Shown here: positions 9,017 through 21,000 of the stretch, piece after piece
Numbering within the stretch: the stretch's first letter is position 1
Layout: every line of letters begins with the position of its first letter
DNA from: a virus
Direction: 5' to 3' (one strand)
IMG/VR virus record: IMGVR_UViG_3300006329_000001
Span: 64,001-128,000 of that record
Length of the DNA stretch: 64,000 nucleotides
Notes under the pieces: model-generated
Database searches by the model: none
The model's input: the letters and a program-made list of their open reading frames with translations, nothing else
Told to the model about the DNA's origin: nothing
Made by a program: the position numbers and the translations under genes

Positions 9017-12000
9017 GGAAGATCTGAGTAGGTAAGAAGTTAGAGATGATTGTCGCACCAGTCTGAACTGTGAGGATCACAGAGTTGGAATATACAGGTG
9101 AAGCACCTGCAGCAGTTATCGCAACACGGAACTCATCACCATCATCTGCCTGTGCGGCTGAAGGTGTACTGTAAACAGAACTGGTTGCTCCAGTAATGTT
9201 AGCCCATGCAGTCTCACCATACTGCTTACGCTGCCACTGATAGTTAAGTGGAGTAGTTCCAACTGTACCATCAGAAGACTTGATGAATGCACCGAGAACA
9301 GTAAATCCTGCAGTCTGACCTTGGTTAACTGTTACGTTAACTGGTTGTGCTGTGATCTGAATGTAGCCAGGAACAATAACGATTGGGTTACCTTCGTTGT
9401 CAGTTCCTTCACCTGCGTAGGTATCAAATCCTTGGTTAACAGCAGGTCCTACTGGTGGAGTCCAGTCATCAGGAACTTCAGTCTCGACTGTAACTTCAGG
9501 ACTAGAGTATCCAACACCTGCAGTCTTAACATCAATTCTTAAAAGACCCATTAGTGCACGAACACGACCATCAAATCCAGAGGAAGATACAACATCAACG
9601 TTTGGACGTGATGTATATCCATCACCAGGAGAGGTGATTATTGCAGTATTAATTTCACCTGTTGTGATAGAAGCAAGTGCTTCTGCGTTACGTCCCTTAA
9701 CAGTTCCTGTGTATTCGAAAGTAATCAAGGAGTTGGAAGATTCGATCAACGCAACTTCACGATTCTCATTCTCACCCTCGATTTGTAGTAAGTCACCTGC
9801 CTCAATAGGAGGTACGACTGTAGCAGCAATAACGTCAGCATCAGAACCAATGTATGAGAAAGCAACGAATGTTGATCCCGCACGAGGAACTTCAGCAAAA
9901 ATTATTCTAGAACCAACAAGTTCGTAACCTACGCCTGGTTCCTGAATAACACCATTCAGTGAACAAATGATATTGTTCTCAGGAAGTATGGTACTAGAGC
10001 TAACACCTTCAGTTAGAGTTAGTGAGTAGAATCCACCTGCGTAACGTAAGTTAAAGGAAGATCTTAATGAATCAAACTCGAAGGAGATATCATCTAACTG
10101 ACGTAATTTACCAACGTAGTATCCGATGAATTCTGATCCAACTGTAGGAGGTTCAGTAAACTGAATCTGATCAGAGAATGCAGTGTATGCAAAGTTTGCA
10201 CCAGGTGGTTGTAGGATACCATTAACGAATGTTAATAGGTGACCTGCAGGATCTGGGAAGTAAGATTCACCGTTATTTACAGTTAACTTAAATGTAGTTT
10301 GCTCACCATCAAATCCTCTGAAGAATCTGTTACAACGTCCGACTAGACCCTTAGATTGTGTTACACCTGCAGACCAATCAGCATCAGAAATAATTGTTAA
10401 GTCAGATGGGAAATCACCAACTACATCTTCTAACCAAAGTCTACCAGTTGTACCGATAACACTCTTACCAGAAACCCTACCATAACCACTTACAGCATTT
10501 TCAGTAACACCATTTGCTTCTGCAAGGATAATTGGGAAGTTATTAAGGTTCTCAAATTTACCTAGTGCAGTACCACCACCAACTAACCAGTTAGAATCAG
10601 GAGTTACAATTTCACCATTGGAGTCAGTTCCATATGGTTGTAAGTTTGCAATCCACATCTTATGTGGTACTGGAGGAGTTGCTTCAGCATCAGGTGCTTG
10701 GTACTTAGTAACAACAGCAGTGAATCCTGGTTCCTTAATAATTGTACCTTGTAGTAAGTAAACTAAATCACCTGCGTTAAAGTCACCACTGTAACCACCA
10801 TCACGAACAATACTAGCAATATCTAATTCTATTGTAGAAACAGCATGTACATACTGATTAAGTTCTAATGGTTCGAAACCATCAGCACGAATATCTGCAA
10901 TGTCAAGAATCTTATCTGTGATAGATCCGTAAATTATATCACCATCTTTAAAGTCTTCTTGGATTGATTCGATATCGATTGTGATACGTCCACCAGTATT
11001 ACCAACTAGAGCACCTTCAGAATTTTCATAAGAAACGATATCTGCTTGAGCAGCATTTGTCTTGTTAAAGACTTTTTCACCAGTAGCAAAATTACCTCTA
11101 TCGGTGTTGATCAACATACGAGTAACACCTGCTCCATTGATAGAAGCAGTCTGTCCACTTGTTGCACCTTCGATAACATCATTATCAGAGAATGTTCCAG
11201 TTAGAGATTCTACATAAACGTAACCCTCATCACTCTGGTCACCTGTTAGAGGTGAAGTCTGAATAACTACTGCATTGTTAGCACCTGCACCTTGTTTCTG
11301 TACAGTCTCACCATTTGTAAATCTAGCAGTAGCAGCATCAATATTAAACTTGTAGTATAGTTTAACAATACTTGCTTCGTTATTTCTAATTCTAGTAACT
11401 TCAGCAAGTGCGTTAGATGTAGCACCAATTAGAATGTCAGCAACGTTAAATCCTGCACTAATTGGTTGTTCCAAATCACGCATTGGATATTGTGCAGCAG
11501 GTAAAGAAATACCAGAACGTACAACTGTTTGTAATCTTTGTTGACCAGTTAGAGATTTGTTTAACTGGAATAATCTATATCTTGCATCATGCTTAATTTC
11601 ACGAGCAATTTCGAACCAATCTGCAGTTGCGTTAAGAACATAGTAGTATGTCTGATCCTGTAAACTTTGTTCGATCTGACCAGATGCAGGAACATAAGCA
11701 ACAATATCACCACGGAAGAAGAAGTTAGGACGTGTAATCCTTACAACACTTTCTCTTCTTTCGAATCCAACTTCGATAGTTGGAGTCAATAGAATCAATT
11801 CTGGATCAGTGTTATAATCTTCACCCTCATCATATAGATTTTGTAAGTTAGTAACATGAGTACTATTGATATAATTAACTAAGTTGTTAGAAGGAGGTTG
11901 AGATCTGTTTAAACCATGGTACGCAAGGTTTAGAGAACTATCAATTCTAAACTCTGTACTTTCCCAATCGTACTCAAATCTATCAGGGATAGCAGCACTA

Positions 12001-15000
12001 TTTGTAGTATCTTTGTAGATATCATATCCAGACCACTGAGAAGTATTATTCTGATCATACAATGTACGTTTTACATACTCACGAATTCTAGTTGTGTAGA
12101 ATAGTAAGTGCTGTCTAACAACAGTTGGGAATGCGATAAAGTTACCTTCACCATCAAACCAAGTGTTAACCAACTTAAGCATACCTTGGTTACCACCTGT
12201 ATTCATGTCATACAATAATGCATGAATCATATCATCAGCAAATTGCTTGTCTGCACCAGTACCAGGATATTGGTTAACAGTTCTATCGTATGCCTTGTTA
12301 ACAATTGCGTGCTTATTAAAGAGAAGATGTCTTGCACACTTCTTATCAGACTTAGATCCACCACCAAGTGTATTGAGTAATACATCGAATAATGTATCAG
12401 TTGCAGACGTTACATTATAACAAGTAAATGTCTGATAGTTTTGGTTAAATCTGAATGGTGGAATCTTCTCGATAGCATCCAAGTGACTTCCACCACCACC
12501 TTTAGCAAGATAGATTGTGTCAATGATGATTTGCATCAAAGATTCTATATTTGCTGCAGCAGTTGGACATGTTGTATTCCAATCTCCTGCATCAGCACCA
12601 TCAGTATGGAATGTGATTGATACATCACGTTCTGCCATTTCAGGAGCGTACTTAACTGGCCAAATCATTGGTAGAGATTTAGTAATCGTACCATCAGTTA
12701 GAGCTGCAGGTGTGTTAATTGCAGTAGTATAGATTGCCATCGAAGTTGTGATAGCAGATGCAACATCAGCACACTTAGGATTATTAGTGTCAGCAGTAAT
12801 TACATAGTTACTTGCACTATATGGTTTAAAGTCAAGATCATTGTAGAATGATTGCTTATACTTGTGTCCACTTCTAGGATATGTCTTCTGTGCAGTATTA
12901 CCATCTCTTGAGCATGTGAATGTCAAGGAGTTAGGTGCTAACTTAACAGATGTTCCAGTGAATAGATCATGTGAACCAATTGTTAATGCTAAGTATCCAG
13001 TTGCAGGATCGTAAGTAGCATTAGTTGGTGTGTAAGTGACGATTGGTGATTGACCAACATCAACAGTAATTGTGTTACCTGACTTAGCAACGATAGGCAT
13101 TGGTCTATCGAAAGCAGGATCCTTAGCACGAGGATATGTATGATTAGTTGTGTAATCATCTTGTGCACAAGTGAATGTTAATGAATCAGTTCTGATCTTA
13201 ACGTTTGCACCTGCTCTAACAACACCACCAGAAGTTGCAGATACAAATGAATGAGTTGTAGTGTTAGTAGAAGGAATATTTTCTAGAACTTGTACATCAA
13301 ATGTATTTGTTCCTACGTTAGAAATAGTCAACCAGTTTCCACTTGCAGGGTCACTTGATCTTGGATAAGAATGATTACCTGAACCTTGTGTACATGTGAA
13401 GGTTAATGAATTATCAGCAATGTTAACTTTGTCTCCATTGTTCCATCCATGACCATTAATAGTTAAGGTCATTACACCTGTATTTGGATCATATGCAGCA
13501 CCAGTAACTGTCTTCGCTGCACTTGGTCCTTCTAGTGTGTTTGATCCAATATCTAATACTAAGTGTCCAGTACCTGCATCATATGTTGCGTTAGAAACAT
13601 TAAAGTCTACAAACGGTGTTGAGGTTACGTTAACAGTTATTGAGGTTGATGTGTATGCAGTTATGGATAATGTTTGACCAGATGCATAATCAGTAGATCT
13701 TGGATATCCATGAACTGTGGAGTTACCATCAAAATCACAAGTGAAGTTTAATCCATTATCATCAATCGTGATTGTGTTGGAATTAGTTAAGTTGTGAGCA
13801 GAAGCAAAGGTAAGAATTAATTCACCAGTAGTACCATCATATGTTGCTCCATTAGGTGTCAACTCAGTAGGTGCACCACCAACATTGACACAGTTAGTTG
13901 CAGCACTTACAAATGTATGATCGTATGCACCACCAGTCATTACTGCACCAGGTAGAGCACTTACAAATTGATGCTGATAATTACCACCAGTGATTAGAGC
14001 ACCAGTTTGAGCACTTACAAATGCGTGAGTGTACTGATCGTTAGGACCAGAAGCACCAACTTGTAATGTAACTACACCTGAAGGATTCTGTCTTGTAATA
14101 CCATTGGTTGTAGCTGATACAAACTGATGAGTGTAATCACCACCAGTGTGGATAGCACCTGCAGTTGCAGATTTAAAGGTATGCTGATAATTACCACCAC
14201 TAATTACAGCACCAGAAACTGCATACTGGAAGTAATGAGTTGTGAGGTTGGAGATAGCACCAGATCCATCATTTACATCTAATGTAATTGTTCCATCTTG
14301 CTTATGAAGACCATTAGCAGCGAATGATTGGAATTGATGTGTGTACTGATCATTAGGACCAGAGATACCAACTTGTATACTGAAGTTATTGTTATCAACG
14401 AATGTTACTGGTAACCACTCATCATATACTGGGTCAGTTGTTCTTGGATATGAGTGATCGCTAGAATTACCATCTTTATTACATCTAAATGTAACTGCAT
14501 TAGGAGCAATCTTAACCATGTCACCTGCATAAGTTACTCCATTAGGAGAAGCAGTTACAAAATTATGAGTTGTAGTATCAGAAGATATACCAACATTAAC
14601 TTCGAATGTATCGTTAGTTACGTTAGTAACTTGTAGCCACTTATCGAATGGATAATCAGATCCACCAGGAGCAGCAGAACCATACTGTCTAGGATATGAT
14701 TTAACAGCACTGTTACCATCTAATCCACATGTGAATGAAATTGAGTTAGCAGCAATCTTAATTCTATCGTTATTCGCAAAACCATGATTAGTGATAGTAA
14801 CAACCATCTTACCATCAGCAGGTGTGTAGGTTGCACTTTCGATAGTATGTGTTGTATGACCCGCTAAACCATGGTTGTTCATGGTTAGTGTCATTACACC
14901 AGTAGATGAGTTGTATGCAGCACTTGTTGGTGTATGTGTTGTATGTCCAACAGCATCAATATTAATTGCTGTATTCCATGCAGGGTCAGGACCATTAGGT

Positions 15001-18000
15001 GCTGAAGCACGAGGATAAACGTGATTTGTTGCTTGACTATCTTCGTCACACTTAAAGACTAAAGAACTTGTTGCTATCTTAATGCTCTCTCCAGTTCTAA
15101 ATTCATGAGCACCAATTGATAGAACGATGTTACCAGTATTAGGTGTAAAGACTGCATTGTGTACATCATAATTCTTAATAACAGATGCACCAACATTAAC
15201 TGTGATTGTAGTCTCAGTAGTACCGATAATCTGAACTGGTTCACCACTAACAGGATCAGTTGTTCTTGGGTAAGTTTTAGTTGAGTTATTTCCATCCATC
15301 ACACAAGTAAAGGATAGAGAATTATCAGCAATCTTAATATTAGTTCCTTGACTTAATGTATGGTTACCGATAGTTAAGATTAAGTTACCAGTATTAGGTT
15401 CGTAAACTACGTTAGTAGGAGTAAACTTCTTAATCTTAGAAGTACCAACATTAACTGTAAATGTATCATTAGTCTTAGAAATAATAGGTAACCATTGTCC
15501 ACTTACAGGATCAGTTGATCTTGGATATGTGTGGTTACTGTAGAAATTATCCATTGAGCAAGTTAATGTCAATGAATTATCAGCAACGTTAATCTTGTCT
15601 CCTACACCAAATCCATGTCCTGAAACTGTTAGAGTTAATAGACCTGTACCTGCATCATAAGCAGCATTAGTTGCAGTATGAGTTGTAGATGCAACATCAA
15701 CAATATCAATAGCAGTATCGAATGAAGGATCAGCACCATAGTTAAGTGCTAGAGATTCATTTCTCATTACCTGAATCGCTAGATCTCTTGCATAGTTACA
15801 TATCCAGATTGCTTCAGTAGCATGAGTTAGACCTTCATTAACATAGTATTCAGCAGCACGAACAATCTTGTTGTTACCACCATGACGTAGGTTCCAAACC
15901 ATAGCGTCAAGGAAGTCACTTAAGTCATGTACACAGTTGATATTTCCACCAGGAATATTAAGTGAAGGATATTGTACTTTAGCAGCAGCAATAGTTTCTT
16001 CAGCAATAACACGGATATTTCTTTCGATTACATCAGCAGCGTTAATGAATCTATCTTTAACAGCATTACGTTCGTAAGTAGAAACGTCAACGTTGTCAAA
16101 GGACTCACTACCGCCACCAGTTATACCATCGTCATCTCCTGTATCTGCATCTGGGTTATAGATGTAAAGGTTCTCACGACCAAATCCATTACGGATAGTC
16201 ATAATTGCAATTTCAGTTGCAATCTTAAGAACACTAATACCTGCTTCATCTTCACCAGGAGCAACTCCAACATTACATGTAATTTGACCAGTCTGTCTCT
16301 TAAGTCCATCTGTGGTAAATGATACAAATGAATGAGCAGAAGTATTAGTAGAAGGAACAGTTGTTAATACCTGAACACTGAAAGTATTAGCATCAACATA
16401 AGTTACAGGTAACCATGCTTTGTATGCAGGATCTTGAGGTCTTGGATATTGCTTAGTCTGTGAATTACACTGTAATGAAAGAGCATTTTCAGTTATCATT
16501 ACATAATCATTTGCCTTCGTAATACCATTAGAAGTTGCAGACTTAAATGTATGTGCAGTTACGTTAGTAGAAGGAATCTCTGCTAGAACCTGAACATCAA
16601 AAGTATTATTAGTTACGTTAAGAATAGGTAACCATGAATTTGAGGCAGGGTCAGTAGAACGAGGATATGTATGATCAGATACGTTGTTGTCTAACATACA
16701 TGTAAATGTTAATGAGTTATCAGCAATCTTTACACTATCACCAACACTAAATCCATGGTTAGTGCAGGTCAATGTCATGATACCTGTCTCTGGATTATAA
16801 GTAGCAGTTTCTACAGTATCCTGTGACTGACCAGTAAACGGATGACCATTTAATGTAAATGCTACAACACCTGTATTAGGATCATAAGTAGCACCTGTTG
16901 GTGTATGAGATGTTTGTGATACCTCAGTAATTTCTACAGATGTATTATAAACAGGATCTGTATCACGAGGATATGAATGCTCAGTTATATAATCATCTCT
17001 ATCACATGTAAATGTTAATGCTTCTTTCTTAAATCTGAAACTCTGTCCAGTAACTAATTGGTGTGCACCAATAGTCATTTGTAATGCACCTGATACAGGG
17101 TTGTAATCAGCAGCAGATACGTTGTAGTAAACTAAAGGAGTTGTACCAACATTAACTGTAATTGTTGATAATGTATATGCAGTAATAGCAAGAGACTTAC
17201 CATATGCAGGATCACCTTTACGAGGATAAGTATGATTGTCCTCATTCTGGTTCATTTCACAAGTGAAGGTTAAACCATCTTCTGCAATCTCAATAGTATT
17301 AGAAGAAGTTAATCCGTGACTTGGAATTGTTAAAATTAAGTTACCAGTAGAAGGTTGATAAACTACGTTTTGTGGAGTATGTTGTCCACCACCATTATCA
17401 GTAACAGCATTAGTTGCAGCAGTTACAAATGTATGTCCATAGTTACCACCTGCTTCGATAGCATTTAGAGATGCTCTAACGAATTGGTGTGTATGCTGAC
17501 GACCATTTAACTGAATAAGATTATCAGTCTCAGGATCAAGATATAATGCAGCAGCTTCATATGTCTTACTGTTACCACCCTTTCTAAGGTCATGTGCAAC
17601 AGCCTTTAATATATCAAGAACATCATCTACACAATTCTGAGCACCATCAGGAACAGTGAAGTTAAGGAACTTAGAAAGATCGTTCATTGTATGAACTGCT
17701 TCCCAAGCAATTACATTAGCGTTCTTCTCAATCAAGTGAGCAGCATCTAATACTCTGTTATTAGAATCATAAGCATCAGGATTATAACCCTCTGGGTCAA
17801 TAGTGATTGTTGGATCTCTATAAACTGCAAGGTCTGTGTACTGCATTGGATAGTAGTCATCCTGATATACAGTTGGAATATCTTCTCCAAGACCTGCAGC
17901 AGTTTGACCTTGAGGTAAGAGAGTGTTGTTGATACACTTCTTACATAACATTCTTACATATTCATATACATCCAATACAGCACTTAGTTCATTGTCAACC

Positions 18001-21000
18001 GAATAAAGTTCGTTATTAGCGTTGAGGAACTTACTGGTGTTGTACTGGATAGCATTAGTTCCACCTGTAACCAAGTCAGCAATAATAGCAGGAAGAATAT
18101 AAGTCTTGATTTCGAAAGTGCACTTATTAGGATTAGCGTTAGGGTTTTGATAGAAGTCATAAGTTGTACTATTAATATTTGCTTGGTAGGTTGCTTCTAA
18201 CCAACCAACTGCTTCAGCAGCGATTGCATCACGGTTCTGCCAAATTAGATCACCTGCATCTCTGAATCTCTGACCTGTAGGTCCAAGAACATCTCCAATA
18301 TCATCACATAATTTAACAATAGCATCCTGAATCTCTTGTGAAGCAGGAGATGAGAAGTTGTTAGGTATACGAAGTATATCAGTATACTGAGTACCACCAT
18401 AAGTCTTAAGATCTGAACTTGTAGTTGTAATTACATAATTACAAATTGGTGCTAATTCTCTATAGGTGTAAATTGACTGAAGAATCTCATTAGCGATATG
18501 CTCTAATCCTTCGTATGCAGTTAAGTAGTTTCTAGCAGCAAGTGTACTGTTATAGTTACCACCATAACGTAAATCTTGGATAACACCTTTAAGAATAAAC
18601 TCTTTAGTATCTCTTAAACAGAAACTTGTACCCTGTTGAGGACCAACTCCATCAGCAGTATCACCAGGCATCACCAAATCAGGGAATTTTGCCTTCATCT
18701 TCCAGACTGCAGTTTCAGCAATCCATGCTCTGTTAAGTTCTAAAATATCTGCTGCTTGACGGAAAGCATCTCTTGATATATCAACTTCCTCAACAATAAC
18801 TTCACGAGTATCATAATCAACTTTAGTTGCTTGAGAAGCAGAATTAGTAGTACCAGTTAGAGTTGCATATGCTTCATTATTACTCATAATGATAGGCAAC
18901 TCATTACTCATTGAGAAGGTAATACCAGTTGTAGATGTTGGGAATAGAGTAGAAGGTGTAAAGGATGAAGTATACTTAGACTCTCCACCATAGAATACAA
19001 CGTTATCAATATATCCAACATAGTTGTTACCACCGTTCCACTCAGCACCAATAGTCATCTTACGTTCACGGTAAGTATTAGTGTCTGTGTAATCAGTACC
19101 AACTTGTGAACCATTAACCCAAAGTTTGAGTATTTGACTGGTTCTAGTCATGGCAATGTGATACCATGTATTAGCACTCATACCATGAGCACCACTAATC
19201 ACATCAGAACCATTAATCTTATACTTCAGGTTACCTGAATCAAAGTAAAGACTTGGAGAATTAACTTCTGAAGCACCACTTGTACGCATATCAAGTAGGT
19301 ACTTAGTAGTGTTCATTGCAGTTGTAGGACGTACCCACATCTCAATGGTAAAGTCTGATGTGCCAAATGCAGGTATAGTGGATAATGCATATGAGAGGTA
19401 TGCTCCTGAATCAAGTTTCAGGGACTTCGTTCCACTACGTTTTTCTATAGCTGTTAGTCTTGCTGAAGCAGGATATATGGTAGTAGCATTAGTAACTGCA
19501 CTCTGGAATGTATGTGCATAACTACCACCAACTTCTACAGCATCTGCGATTGCTCTTACAAATGTATGTGGAGTAGTATTAGAAGAAGGAGCAGAACTTA
19601 ATACGTTAATAGTAATAGTTCCATCTTGTCTAGTAATGTTGTTAGAACCAGAAGTTACATATGTGTGAACATATTGCTCATCTGCAGGAGATTCACCAAC
19701 CTGAACACCAATATTATTATCATCGATTACAGTAACATCTAACCACTGATTATCGACTGGATCAGTGCTTCTTGGATATGTGTGATTACTACCATTACCA
19801 TCTTTAGTGCAACTGAATGTTAATGAATCGGTAGCAATCTTGATTCTGTTACCAGTCTGCATTCCATGGTTAACAATACTAAGTTTAAGAGTACCGTTAG
19901 AAGGTTCATAAACTGCATCAGATGAAGTAAATGTTGCTTGTACACCAATAGAGGTTACATTAATCTTAGTATTGTATACAGGGTCTTGTCCACCTGAAGG
20001 GTTACCTGAACCTGCAACTCTAGGATAAGAGTGCTCTGTAGCATCACTATCTTGAGTACAAGTAAAGATCAATGAATTTGGTTTTAATCTAATACTGTCA
20101 CCAACATTAAGATTATGGTTACCAACATTAAGAACAGTAGAACCTGTGATTGGATCATAATCTGCACCAGTTACTTGTAAGTATGTCTTAGGAGTAGCAC
20201 CAACATTAACTGTAAATGTATTAGTTGTAGTTTTTAAAATCTGAAGTTGTTGTCCTTGTCCAACTGGATCATCAGCACGAGGATAGTCATGGTTGGATGC
20301 ATTACCATCCATTGCACAACTAAATCTCAATGCATTAACAGCAAACGATACTTTATTACCTACAGAATAACCATGGTTATTAAGAGTAAGAGTTAACTGT
20401 CCAGTATCAGGATCATATGTTGCTCCTGTAGGAGTTATATTAACGTTAGATCCACCAGGATTATTAGTAATCTTAGTATTGGTGACATACTCTTTAAGTT
20501 TAAAGATACCAGTAACAGTTTGAGCATACAACCATCTTAAACCAGAGTTTGCACCCTTAAGTGGGAATGATGCACCAGTAGTTGCTCCTATAATTGTGTC
20601 ACCAGGAACGAAGAATCCAGTACCACCTCTATCCTTATAAGCAAACTTGTAAACACGAATGTTCTCATTCTCTTGATAAGTACCATCTGAGATAACTGAG
20701 AGTGCATTGATATTATCAAGGTTACCACCTGCCTTAACGGAATTAGCAATAGCAGATACAAATGTATGTGTGTAGTTACCACCAGAAATTACAGCACCTG
20801 CAGTTGCAGATACAAATGTATGAGCATCAGTATTAGAGATAGCACCCTGTCCACCGTTCACATTAACTGTGATTGTGGTTCCTGTTTTAGAAATGATAGG
20901 AAGTGCAGTGTCATACGCATAGTCAGCACCACTAGATGTGTTAGCACCATTAGCACGAGGATATAATCCTTCACCACCACCGTTGTAAGCACACTGGAAT